Assembly (NCBI RefSeq): GCF_009834535.1
Contig: NC_045697.1
Location: 77,874,001-77,938,000 of the forward strand
Origin: Camelus ferus
Taxonomy: Eukaryota
Length of the DNA: 64,000 nt
Direction of reading: 5' to 3'
The position numbers and the translations under genes were made by a program. The notes under the pieces were generated by a model. That model ran no database searches, was not told where the DNA came from, and saw nothing but the letters and a program-made list of their open reading frames with translations. Shown one piece after another: positions 51,799 to 63,800 of this stretch (the stretch's first letter is position 1; every line of letters starts with the position of its first letter).

Positions 51799-52807
51799 GT
51801 ATGAACATAAATTCCTCTATGCTTGTCTAGGAAGGAAGAGAATTTTTTTTCAAATAGAAATGGTATTGTCTCTATTAAGATCCCAGAAGACAAGGAGAAA
51901 GAAATAATTCTTATCCCTAATGAAATGTACACCTATTTTTTTTCTAAACTGAAAAAAAACTCAAATAACCAAGAAACAAAGTTCAAAAGCTGAGAAAGGT
52001 GAGGCCACAAGACCATTCAGTTTACCAAAATATGAATGCTTAAGTCTCCCCTTTTCTGGTAAATGTAACTCCAGAATAGGCTAGTCAAGGTTTAATTCCT
52101 TTCAGAATTCATAATTTTGGAATTTCAAAACTAAACCCAAATCTTTCAGATTTCTAATATCTCAATTCCCAAGGGAATGGGAGAATGTTCATTAATGTTG
52201 GACAAATAGATACTGCATGAATTTTCAACATCTGTGTATTAGATATTGGAATATTAACATTCTTCTGTGTGTTAAGAAACAAAATCTTATTTTTGTAAAA
52301 AGCAAATGCTACTATAGTTGAGTTTGGGGGAGGGTTGCGGAGGGAAGAGCTAAAACAGAACCAAGTTTAACAGAGGTTTTTTTCATGAGTCCTTAATAAG
52401 TGAACTGAAAATATATGAAAATACTGCAGACTCATGAAGTGAAAGGCTAAGCAAAGCCTTCATTCCACAGACCAGAGTTTCCAGGGAACACATTGGGGAA
52501 CATGCAGAAAACGGAGAAAACAACAGAAGCAGACAGGGCATACTGGCCACCAGTGTGCTGCTCTCCTTCCCCAATATGTCAGGGCCTCTTTTGCTTGATT
52601 AGCGTGCTGCCAGGTGGCCAAAAGCTGTGAGTGATGATTGCTAATCTGAGAGATGGGCTAAATGATGCACCAGAAGATATATCTCCATGTTGTGCCGTGA
52701 TACTGAATTTCCTGGGAAGAAGGAAACAAATCCAGAGCGTAAATAAAATTCTTGAAGAATAATTGGGCTTAAAATTACATTCTTAATTATTTCCTTCTCT
52801 TTTACAG

Positions 52808-52951
52808 ATAAAGAGCTTTTTTGAAAGATATCCAGAAGCTGGAGCAGGAGAAAAACCTAGGGAGCAAGTGCTGGAAACAGTGAAAAACAATATCGAGTGG
52901 CTAAAGCAAAACAGAGACACCATAAGAGATTGGTTTTTTGATTTATCTTGA
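52808..52951 (+). CDS. ENPEP: ENPEP exon 20 coding part (IKSFFERYPEAGAGEKPREQVLETVKNNIEWLKQNRDTIRDWFFDLS*)
   Basis: ttacag|ATA acceptor; first in-frame stop is TGA at 52949-52951. Confidence 0.95.
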   Translation: MKSFFERYPEAGAGEKPREQVLETVKNNIEWLKQNRDTIRDWFFDLS

Positions 52952-53588
52952 ATGGTTAATGTGTTTCAAATGTCATATTTTAATTTTGTGAATATATTGT
53001 TTCTCCTATTAAATATGTGGTGGCCTAATTCACAAGCACTATGAAGAAAGTCTTATCCATAGACACTGCTTTTGCTAAGTACTATGTTTATATGTCTTGC
53101 AAAGCTGTTAAATTGTTCCTCTTTGTTTATGAAGGAAGATACCAATTGAGTAGTTAATGTACTCAGGGATTTCTTCTAAATGTACTTCATAGGAAATTCT
53201 TTACAAACTGAAGAGAATTTAATAGCCATTTTAATGTCTTTAAATATCATTCTTTGTATCTTAAATCTGTGAAAATAGAACAATTTGGTCTTAGCTTTAC
53301 ATTTTTAGTACCAAAGAAACACCACTTAATCTTCTCTCTTGATTGATTTTTAAAGTTTAAATACCAGTACTTGAGGGACCAATATTACCATCTTAATCTT
53401 TATTTTATTATTCAGAATTACAAAGATTTAATATCATTGCATTCACATATATTTTGCTCCTTTAAATCCTATCAAAGTAACCTGGGCTTAAATTTTACTC
53501 AAGGATTGCATGAATTAGCCAAAGAAATGCCTGACTGTTGCCTTTGTTCTTATAAAAACCAACAAAAGAATTCTCCTCTCCTTTTTAA

Positions 53589-53594
53589 AATAAA
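53589..53594 (+). terminator. Candidate proximal polyadenylation signal (AATAAA)
   Basis: First canonical hexamer I find after the stop codon; usage cannot be shown from sequence. Confidence 0.3.
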
Positions 53595-54673
53595 TCTGAA
53601 TGATTACCTTAAAAAAACCACATTGTTTCCCAGTGTCACTTTACTCTCGAAAAATAATGACTGTAGCATTCTCCAAATAATTTAGCAGGAAGCAAATAAG
53701 ATTCAAGAACCTAGCCTTTTTCATGGTTGGTACTCTGTCATGGTGCTCCATTCCCTACAAAGCTCCTTCAAATAAGCTATGAAATTAGGGAGAAGATAGT
53801 GCTTAACTCTGCTCCATGGATTTTAGAGGAAAAAGGCTAAATAATTGGAAACTGGTCAGGAAAGGGAGAAAGCTGATTATTCCATAAAACTAAATGGAAT
53901 TAGAATTTAGCTATGAACTAACAGAGACATCTAAGTGTGAAAATGAGGAAACCTATGGATGTCGCCAACATGACTCTGCATACCTGAGGATATATCTTCT
54001 TATATATAACTTTTTGTATAAACCCTTAGATCCTAATCCAGGCAGAAAAGCACTGGTCAAATTTATATTCGTGACTTGATTAAAGACATCAATTCTGTAG
54101 AAGCTGGTGGCAAGAGTATGTTTAATATGGCACTTGACGCCTAGTGGATCCACAATATGAGTCCAGTAGGAATAAAAGATGATAAATGAAACTATGCTCC
54201 AATCCGCTGTCTCTAGAAAATCTAAAATTATTTGGGACTTTCAGAAGTATAAGATAATTTAAGATTGGTTTGAAAATAATTAAAGCACATGGGAACAATC
54301 AAAATCTTAGCTTTGACTTTACAAAAAATGTGCCCTAATCAAGGACTCCAAAATTTTGTAAACTTTCCTAATGCTGTCTCTTAATCACTTCTCAATCCAC
54401 ATAGCCAAAAAGGCAAATTTAAATGTAGACCGAGGGGAAAAAAGATTTTAAAAAGAAGAAATTTTCAGACTAAAGCTTTTAAAATGTTATTTTTGAATTA
54501 CTTCAGAAGAAAATATACATTAACACCATAAATCATCAGGAAAACCCACTATCCTCATGGGTTTTAATACCCTAACTTCAAATTAACCACAATCAAAACC
54601 AGCACTTGAAGTCTATGTATTGTTTCAAGTGGACAAATAAGGAAGTGGGATGGCTTATCCTCCTGCTTTTTGT

Positions 54674-54683
54674 AATAAATAAA
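54674..54683 (+). terminator. Candidate distal polyadenylation signal (overlapping AATAAATAAA)
   Basis: Two overlapping AATAAA hexamers about 1.7 kb after the stop, preceded by TTTTTGTA (UGUA/U-rich upstream element). Confidence 0.45.
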
Positions 54684-55399
54684 TTCTTAAAAGAAAAATG
54701 TAAGTTTGAGGGGGATGGTAAATAAAACAGATTTCAACTTGCCTACAAGTCACTCCATTTCATTCCACTTTAGCACTAAAACTGGGAATGAATGTGAAAA
54801 AGAGCTGTGCACACTTTGTTATAACTCCACTAGCCTATCAGGCCCTTTCAAACAGTATCTGGTGTTTAAAAGGCTGATGACCAATAGATAGATCTATGCC
54901 AAGAACAGTTTACTACTGTGCATGCTTGGTTGTGTCATGATTTTTAAGGGAAAAAATTCAGCATGCTGTCTCCAGAATTAAACCACAGTAAACCATCACC
55001 TTTAAAGAATTAACTGGAAGAAATGATCAGTAAAGTCATGTAGCAAGAAGCAGGGCCAAAATAATTAATGCCTTCCCTCTAGGCAGTCTATTCCTGTATT
55101 CCAGATCATTGCTATGCATCTACATCAATATAAACTAGGAGTTTAAATAATAAACTATGAACATAAAAGTGACAGGCAGGGAAGTTCTGGGAAGCACAGA
55201 TACACAACCGGGTTGAAGGCAATGGTATTCCTACAGTTTACCCTCCATGTTGGTGAAGTGTTAGTCCAAAAATAGATAAACATAAGGTGGAAACAAAAAT
55301 CTAGAACAGTAATTCTCAAATGGAGTTGAGAATAAACAAGGAGCAGAAGGGAGGAGAGCAGGATTACCAATGGAGTTTTCTAAAACATTGCCAAACAAT

Positions 55400-55865
55400 A
55401 ATAATAGCAACCCCCTTTTTATACCAAGCCCTGTACTAAACACAAGCACTCCACATATATCAATTTCGGTACTTAAACTTTACAAAAACCCCATGAGGCA
55501 GGTACTGTTATTATCTCTATTTTACAGACGGAGAAACTGAGACAGAGAAGTCACAGAACTTGCCAAAGCCATAAAAATAGCATCTGGCATAAGCCAGGAC
55601 TTGAACCTAACCAGCTTGTCACCAGAACCTATGTTTTCAACTACTGTATTAGAGCAGAAATGTGTTTTAAAATTAAAGTGATCTGGGTTTGAATTTCAAC
55701 TACTTGCCTTTAATCTCTCTATTGTTCAGTTTCCTCATCTATTAGATGGGGATAAAAATAATCACTACCTTAATGGGTTGTTATGAGGATTAAACGCAAA
55801 AAATGAATGTAAAGGATGCATATATGGGAAATAATAGTCACTCAATAAACATTAGATGTTATTAT
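55400..55865. mobile_element. Two adjacent MIRs in opposite orientation (- about 55400-55650, + about 55670-55865)
   Basis: attttacagacggagaaactgagacagag on the left; cagtttcctcatct...gggttgttatgaggattaaa on the right. Confidence 0.75.
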
Positions 55866-55971
55866 TTTTACCATTATGATATCTCCTAGTAGCCACCAGT
55901 TTGGAGAATAAAATAAAGTTGGGTTCAGGAATAACCAAACTTAAGCTATTGAAACCACTAAGGACAGGCAA

Positions 55972-56365
55972 TGTTTTAGACTATGTTATTGTTCCTAAAT
56001 AGTCACTGCCCCTTCCTGGAAAGAATTCCATTATCTCACCACACTGAAGTCTAGCATGAGTATGTGACTTGCTTTGGCTGGTGAAACATGAGTGAAGTGA
56101 TGTGTGTCGATTTCAGGCAGAAATGTGCAGAGTCAGCACGTGGGTTGCAATGTTCTCCACTTTTCTTCTGCCATTGGATCCAGCAATGTTCCAGATAGGG
56201 GCTGCTCTATTAGCCAGAATTCCAGAATGAAAACAACATGGAGGAGAATGTAGCCAGCATACACTGCGCCTGCACTGTGAGTGAGAAATGTCCTTTGTTA
56301 TTGTATCACCGAGATTTTGAGGCTGTCTGTTACTTCAGCATGATCTAGCCTAACCTGTGTAATAT
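55972..56365 (+). mobile_element. MaLR LTR (MLT1H/I-like)
   Basis: atgtgacttgctttggc...gagattttgaggctgtctgttacttcagcatgatctagcctaacctg. Confidence 0.75.
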
Positions 56366-56436
56366 AAACACCAAACTAACGTGGTGCTCTACTGCAGTTA
56401 TTTATTTCCAGTTCTTTCCCTTCCTTCTTTATCTAT

Positions 56437-56756
56437 CAGGGGCCAGTGAAATTCTCCCTGCTTATCTTTGTAAGACTTGCAGCTAAAAATACTTTTTATA
56501 ATTTTAAATGGTTGGAAAAAAAATCAAAAGAACAATAGTTCATGGCATGTGAAAATTACATAAAATCCAAAGTCAGTGTCTCCAATTAAAGAAAATTATA
56601 TTGGAACAGCGACACTCACATTCATTTACACGTTGATTATAGCTACTTTGAAGCTACAACAGCAGCATTGAGTGGTTGCAATAGAGGTCTTATGGCCCTC
56701 AAAGTCTAAAATATTTACTTTCTGGGTCCTTTACAGAAAAAGTTTGCCAAACCTTG
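56437..56756. mobile_element. MER58B-like hAT DNA transposon
   Basis: aaatggttggaaaaaaaatcaaaag...aaagtctaaaatatttactttctgggtcctttacagaaaaagtttgcc. Confidence 0.85.
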
Positions 56757-56835
56757 TTGGATCTCAACTTTACTCCTGCCCTCCTTTTGCATTCAATTTC
56801 TTTTCCCTTTTCCCTCCTTCTCCTGTACCCTAACT

Positions 56836-57027
56836 CAGGGTTTCTCAACCTCAGCACTATTAATTTTTGGGGCCTGTTAATACTTTTTGTGGAGGGAGAG
56901 CCTGCACATGGTAGAATGTTCAGCAGTATCCCTGGCCTCTCTTCTCTAGTTGCCAGTGTACTTCCCCAACTGCAAATGTCTCCACACATGGCCAAATGTC
57001 CTCTAGGAGGATAGTTGAGAATCAATG
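56836..57027 (-). mobile_element. MER20 (hAT-Charlie)
   Basis: cagggtttctcaacctcagcactatt...agcagtatccctggcctct...aaatgtctccacacatggccaaatgtcc. Confidence 0.85.
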
Positions 57028-57499
57028 CCTCTCCTTAAATGCGAATAGATACTGCAGGCACTCTTCAGCCACCCTAAAAAATAGGTGAGGAGAATGCTGC
57101 TGACTTAAAGCAATTCCATTTGAAATTACAGAAATTGAAGGACCTTTGAGAGAGAAAAGAAGTTTGGGGAAAGGAGTAATAATGCAGAGAAGACTGGATA
57201 AGGTACTCATTCATGCATACATTTAAATAACTAATATTTACAAAGTATGTGTTTTATGACAAACCTTGTTTAGGTATTGGTTGTCCTAGATTCAAGAATG
57301 GATTTAGAAGACAATTGGAAGAAAAATTGAGTCAAGGAGGTAATGGAGTAGCATGAGACAAGTGGGGCAAGGAAAATGTGAGAAGGTAACTTCAGCAACT
57401 GACTATATTTTAAGCCAAGAGCTCTTACATATTATTTGCCACTTAACATAAATGAAATGTTTATTGTCAAATGGTAACTTAGATTGTCTGATTTAAAGA

Positions 57500-58018
57500 T
57501 GTGCTAGACACTGTTTATTGTCACTGGGCCACCATTTCTACCATCTTCTCTGTCCCAACCCTCTGATATTGCAGGGCTGGGATGCTAAAAAACTGCACTT
57601 CCTGGCGTCCACACCATTTAGGTTCTGCCAACGATATGTACTTCAAAAAGATGTGCATTGGAAGGAAAAGAGAGAAGAGACTGTTCTTCCTTTTCAATGC
57701 AGAGGAAAGCAGCTTCTAGGGTAGATATGAGTTGGCAGCTTCTGAACTCCACAACCCTGTTTTTACCATCTCTGTGGTGCAGGGAAGCTCTCCTGTGACA
57801 CTTACAGTTTCCTCACTTCTGGATGATATTAGCAGAGTCTGATCTTTAGATCAGAAAGGTGACGATATGCAACCTAAAACCAGAAGCCCTGCACTGACTC
57901 TCTAATTGCTATTCCTCCAGCCCTTCAAATGATATCTAAGTGCCTAATTCCCTGTGTTAAATCTTTTTCTACTTGAAATATCTACTGCATTTCCTGAACT
58001 GACCCCTGAATGATACAG
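57500..58018 (+). mobile_element. ERVL LTR33-like solo LTR
   Basis: ttaggttctgccaa...attccctgtgttaaatc...ttgaaatatct...ccctgaatgataca. Confidence 0.7.
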
Positions 58019-58339
58019 AGTGAAACTACTGATTTTGTTTTGACTTGTATTTCCATTTGCATTCCTTTCTGCCCATTGTCCTCATAAAAAAGCTCAAAGC
58101 TGGTCCTTTGCTTGGTACAGACTGACAGACTGGATTGGCCCTCAGAGAGTCCACCCCAGCCCTCACAATTTTTAGAATATGGGAGAAATTATAATAAGCA
58201 AGCATTTAGAACAGATTATTCCCCATGGTAAATGGGAAAAAAAAAAGCTGGAGCAGTGTGTTTTCCTTTGTGTTGAAATACGCAGGCATATTAGAATGCA
58301 CTATTGATAAACCATCCAAATTGACTTCTCCAGTGCCTC

Positions 58340-58898
58340 AAATGTACAGTTACCAAATGATTCAGCAATTCCACTCCTAGTAATACATCCAAGAGAACTG
58401 AAGATAAATTTTACACAAAACTTATACATGAATGTTCATAGAATCATTATTCATAACAACCAAAAAGTAGAAATAACCCAAATGTCCATTAACTGATGAA
58501 TGGATAAACAAAAGGCTGTAAAACAGCACGATGGAATATTATTTGATCATAAAAAGGAATGATGTAATGATGTGTATTTTAACACAGAGGAACCTTGAAA
58601 ACATTATATTAAATGAAAGAAGTGAGTCACAAAAAGCCACACATTGTATAATTCTTTTTATATAAAATGTCCTGAATAGGCAAATCTATAGAGATAGGAA
58701 GTAAATAAGTGGTTGCCAGGGGCTTGGGAAGGGGGTATGAAAAGTGACTGTTAATGATTTATTTTTGAAGTGATAAGAAAGTTCTAAAATTGGATAATGG
58801 TGATGGTTGCACAACTTTGTGACTGTACTAAAACCCACTGAATTGCAATACTTTAAAATGGTGAAATTTATGGTATGTGAACCATATCTCAATAAAGG
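58340..58898 (+). mobile_element. L1MB-like 3' end fragment
   Basis: cagcaattccactcctag...aacccaaatgtccattaactgatgaatggataaacaaaa...tatctcaataaag. Confidence 0.85.
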
Positions 58899-59224
58899 TA
58901 TAAGTTGTCTTCCCTCTTTGGAGCCTCACTAAACTAAATCACAGACTAGTACTGGTTCATGAGGAAGCCTGTGTTCTCTGCAATAGACGGCGGCAATTTT
59001 CTTTCTGCCACGGTGCCAAGGACGTTTCTCTCCTTAAAATTGCTTCTATTTCGAGATTCAAGAATTTGCAGTACTAATTCCAAAAGATCCTTATATTTTC
59101 ACTCACAGATGAAATTGGTTCTTAAAGTACATTTTTTTTTTTTTGTCTTTAGGACTCCATGTGATCTTGATAGAACTAAAAATCACAGTGCCATTTCCCC
59201 CACCTTCCACCCTTTTCACCATAG

Positions 59225-59825
59225 TGCCCCATCCCCATGATCACAGCTCAGGAGTGACCACTTGACCCAAGAAGAGTGAACTAATGTATTCTGGGATTAT
59301 GACACATGGATATTAGAGAAAAGAAGTCCCTTCCTGCTGGAGGTGTAAGCTAGGAGATTCCTGGGGCTGTTCTTGGCCATTTTACTACAACAGGGAGAGA
59401 AGCCAAACAGGAATAAGTAGAGCAAAGAAGGATACAGAATCCTAACTACATTATTTGAGCCCCTGAATCTAGCTGCCTGTATATAGATATCTCCAAGATC
59501 TAAATTCAATAAATTTAAAGGAATTGAAATCATATGAGATGTGTTCTCCAACCATAATAAAATTATGTTAGGAATAAAAAAAAAAAAAAAGAAATTTGGG
59601 AAATTCATAGTTAGGCAGAAATTAAACAACATCTCTTACATAACCAATAGGTCAATGGAGAAATCACAAGAAAAATTAGAAAATACCTTGAGATGAATGA
59701 AAGCAAAAATACAACACACTAAAACTTATGAGATACAGTAAAAAAGAGCCTATAAATATTCTCTACATTTGACCTGGTTTATATTGAGTTTCTCTCACTT
59801 TCAATGAAAATAACCTCAGTACAGT
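59225..59825 (+). mobile_element. MaLR LTR (MLT1J/K-like) interrupted by an internal L1 ORF2 fragment at about 59505-59745
   Basis: LTR text (atttgagcccctgaatctagc) stops, L1 sequence intervenes, then the LTR resumes (gagcctataaat...ttgagtttctctcactttcaa...taca). Confidence 0.65.
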
Positions 59826-60829
59826 GTTCCTTCACTTTCCCCCAGGAATAATTTTATAGCTAGCGGAGAATGTTACGAAAAATAAATTAAGACTAATAGA
59901 AAGGGTCAAAAAGTGCTACTGGATAGAAGAAAAAAGGAAAAATTATGGAAGAAAGGAAACAAGGACAGAAGAAGGAAGAGAAATGGGAAGGAAGAAGGGA
60001 GGGGAGGAAAAAGGAAGGGTGCACTTTAGTTGAAAAGGAAGGGACAATAAGAAAATTGTCATAATTATCATCACATATCAGCATGTAAATGAAAGGAATT
60101 TTCTAATTTGTTTTCTAATATTCCCATGGGGGAAAACAGACAATTTGTTTTTCTTCATTTGAAAACTGAGAGATAAAAAATTAAATGATAGCCCTAGTAA
60201 CTGAGAGCAATGTTATATTCACTATCATCAAAACAAAGGCAATCAACCATTGAACTTCCAAGATTGTGTGAAAAACAACTAAAAGAACCCTGTTTTCTCC
60301 CCCATCCCAGATAAACTGAGTCTAGACACTGAGGGAAGAAGCTAAACTACATGAAGAAAAAAATATTTTTTAATGAAACAGAATAAAGCACCTAGTCTAA
60401 AGTATATTAGTTTGTTAACTCAACCATATATCATATTATATTATGTATTTTAAAATGCCCAGGGAGAGTTTTAATTTTTATGACAGGTATCAATTTAATT
60501 AAGAAAAAATTTATAGTGTGTTACTTTTCTATGAGAAGGAAAAAGGTTGCCAGCTCCAAAGCCTCATTCTGTACCCCTGAATGCTTGCATTTTTCTGTAA
60601 TGATACATACTTATCTAATTATAATAATATGATTTTATAATCTAAGAAGGGATAAGGTCCAGAGGCAGGGATGAAAGCAACACAGTTTTTAGGGAGTACT
60701 CATTCTTTCCTTATTTCCTATACATGTAATTTACATAGTCAGTGTTCCTCTCAAAGTGTTGCTCTTTTTATTTTTCTTAGTCTAATATTTCCTTTCCTAT
60801 ATCAAAAATGACCATTATTAAAAGAGAAT

Positions 60830-63800
60830 GCTCCTAACAAATGTATAGAACACTACATCCAATAACGGTTTAATACACATTTTTCTCAAATAAATAAGCA
60901 ATGATTTTCCAGGACTGACCATATGTTAAGACATAAAACAAGCCTCAGTAATTTTAAAGGAATTGAAATCATTCAAAGTTTGTTCTCCAACTACAGTGTG
61001 ATTACATTAGAAATCAAAAACAAAAGGAAATTTGGGGAATTCATAAGAAAACAGAAATTAAACAACATATTCCTAAATAACCAATGAATCAAATGAGAAA
61101 TCACAAGAGAAATTAGAAAACACCTTGAAATGAATGAAAGCAAACACACAACAGGCTAAAAGTTATGAGAAGCAGCAAAAATAGTTCTCAGAGGGAAATC
61201 CATAGATATGATCATGTGTATTAAAAAGAAGAAAGCTGTCAAATCAAGCCTAAGTTTCCACTTTGAGAAACTAGGAAAAGAACTAAATGCAAAGCAACTA
61301 GAGGAAAGGAAATAGTAAAGGTTAGAGAAGAAATACATGAAAGGAAGTATAGAAAAATAATAGAAGAAATCAATAAAACAAAACTTAGTTCTTTGAAGAG
61401 AACAACAAAATTAACAAACCTTTAGCTACACTGACCAAGAAAAAAGTGAGCAGACTTAAATAACTAAAATCAGGAATGAATGAGGGGGCATCACTACCAC
61501 TCTTATAGAGACAAAAAAGAATTAAAGAGAACTCTATGCATAACCATATGTCAACAAATTAAATGAGTTAGATGAAATGAACAAATTCCAAGAAAAAACA
61601 AGCTATCAAACTGACTCAAGAAGAAACAGACAATCTGAATAGACCTATAGCAAATAAAAAGGTTGATTTAATAATAAAAAAAACTTCCCAAAAAGCCAAG
61701 CCCAGGAGCAGATGGCTCCTTAGTGAATTCTACCAAACATTTAAAGAAAAATAAGCACCAATCCTTCACAAACTTGCAAAAATAGAAGACAAGGGAATAC
61801 TTCTCAATTCATTCTGTGAGGTCATTAGTACTCAAACACCAAAACCAGGCAAAGATATCACAAGAAAAAAAATCCCCAAAAGTACAGGTCAACCTCCCTT
61901 TTGAACATATACACAAAGATCCCCAACAAAATACTAGCAAACCAAATCTAGCAACAAAGAAAAATCATTAAACACAATGACCAGGTGCTAAGTGGAATTT
62001 ATCTAAGAACGCAAGGATGTTTTGATATGTGGAAAATCAATCATTGTGACATACCATGTTGGCAGAATAAGGACAAAAACCACATGGTCATCCCTATAGT
62101 GCAGAAGAAGCATTTGACAAAATCCAGCACCTTTTCATGATAAAACATTCAACAAGCTTAGGAAGAGAAGGGAACTTCCTCAACCTGATAAAGGGCACCT
62201 AGGAAACACCAGCAGCTAACATCACAGGTATAGGTAAAAGACTGAATGCCTTCCCCCTGAGAATAGCAACAGGACAAGAATGTTCTCATTTGCAACTTTA
62301 CTTAACATTGAGGTGCAGCTTCTTGTAATGGTAATTGGGTAAGAAAAAGAAATAGAAGACAACCAGATTGGAAAAGGGAAAAAGTAAAATGATCTCCATT
62401 ATCAAATGACATGACCTTGCATATAGAAAATCCTAAATATACACACATGCGCACACACACACACACACACACACACAATTACCACTAAATGAGTTCAGCA
62501 AGGTTGCAGGATACAAGGTCAATATACAAAAATTAATTGTACTTTTATATACTAGTAATGAAAAATAAGGAAGTGAAATTAAAAGAAGTCTAAGACTCAT
62601 AGACCTAAAACTATAAAACACTGTTGGAAAAATTTAAAGATCTAAATAGATGGACATCTCCAGTTCATAGACTAGAGGACTTAATATTGTGAAAATGGCA
62701 ATACTCCTCAAACTGATCTACAGATTCAGCGTGATGCCTTTGAAATCTCGCCTTGCTTCTTTTGCAGAAATCGACAATCTGATCGTAAAATTCATACTGA
62801 AATGAAAGTAACACAGAATAACCAAAAGAATCTTCAAAATAAGAACAAAGTTATAGAACTCACACTTCTCAAATTTAAAACTTACTACACAGTGACCGTA
62901 ATCAATACAATGTTACTGTCATACAGATAGACATACAGATCAATGGGATAGAACTGAGAGTGCAGAAATAAATACCTACATATATGGTCATTTGATTTTT
63001 GACAAGAGAATTCAATGGAGAAAAAGTCTTTTCAATAAATGGTGCTAGGATAAGTGGAGCTCCACAAGCAAAAAAAAAAAGAACCATTTTCTTATGCCAT
63101 ATACAAATTTAACTCAAAAAGCATCACAGATCTAGAAGCTAAAACTTCAAAACTGCTAGGGAAAAAATATGCAAGTAAGTCTTTGTGATCTTGGATTAAG
63201 CAATGATTTCTTAGACATGACACTAAAAGCATAATCAACAAAAGAAAAAATAAGATAAATTAGACTACGTCAAAATTTAAAACTTTAGTGTTACAAATGA
63301 TACTATTAATAAAGTGATAAGACAACCCATGATACGGAAGAAAATATCTGTAAATCAAATATACGATTAGGGACTGGCATGCAGAATATATAAAGAACTC
63401 TGACAACTCAATAATAAAAAAACAAATGACCCCATTAAAAAAAACGGGCAAATGATTTAAAGACATCCCTCCAAAGATACATAAATACACAATAAGCACA
63501 TGAAAAGATGCTCAACATCTTAAGCCATTATGAAATGCAAATTAAAACCATGATGTGATACCACTTCACACCCACCAGGATGGTAATAATAAAAAAAGAC
63601 AGACAATAACAACTGTTGGCAAGGATATGGAGAAATTGGAAACTTCATACATTGCTAGTGGGAATTTAAAATGCTGCAGCTGCTTTGGAAAATAGTTTGG
63701 CAGTTCTTCAAAATATTAGACATAGAGTTATTGTATGACCCAGCAATTTTACTCTTAGGTATATATCCAAGAGAAATGAAAATATATACCACACAAAAAC

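Larger units (their letters stand above)
3775..52951 (+). other. ENPEP: ENPEP gene span (5'-partial): coding exons 4-20 of glutamyl aminopeptidase / aminopeptidase A
   Basis: 17 GT-AG exons of 121,155,114,135,66,66,152,80,137,56,151,74,105,171,141,79,144 nt sum to 1947 nt and join in frame with no internal stop. M1 motifs [23 protein letters not shown] and SYSKGA are present, and the peptide is recognisably aminopeptidase A. Confidence 0.97.

Noticed and set aside
3775..52951. ENPEP as a pseudogene
   Set aside because: All exons join in frame with GT-AG ends, and the catalytic motifs and the exon 19 Arg (DRNLG) are intact.
55400..55865. Inverted MIR pair as a dsRNA/ADAR substrate or miRNA hairpin
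   Set aside because: The copies are highly diverged and lie beyond the likely poly(A) sites.
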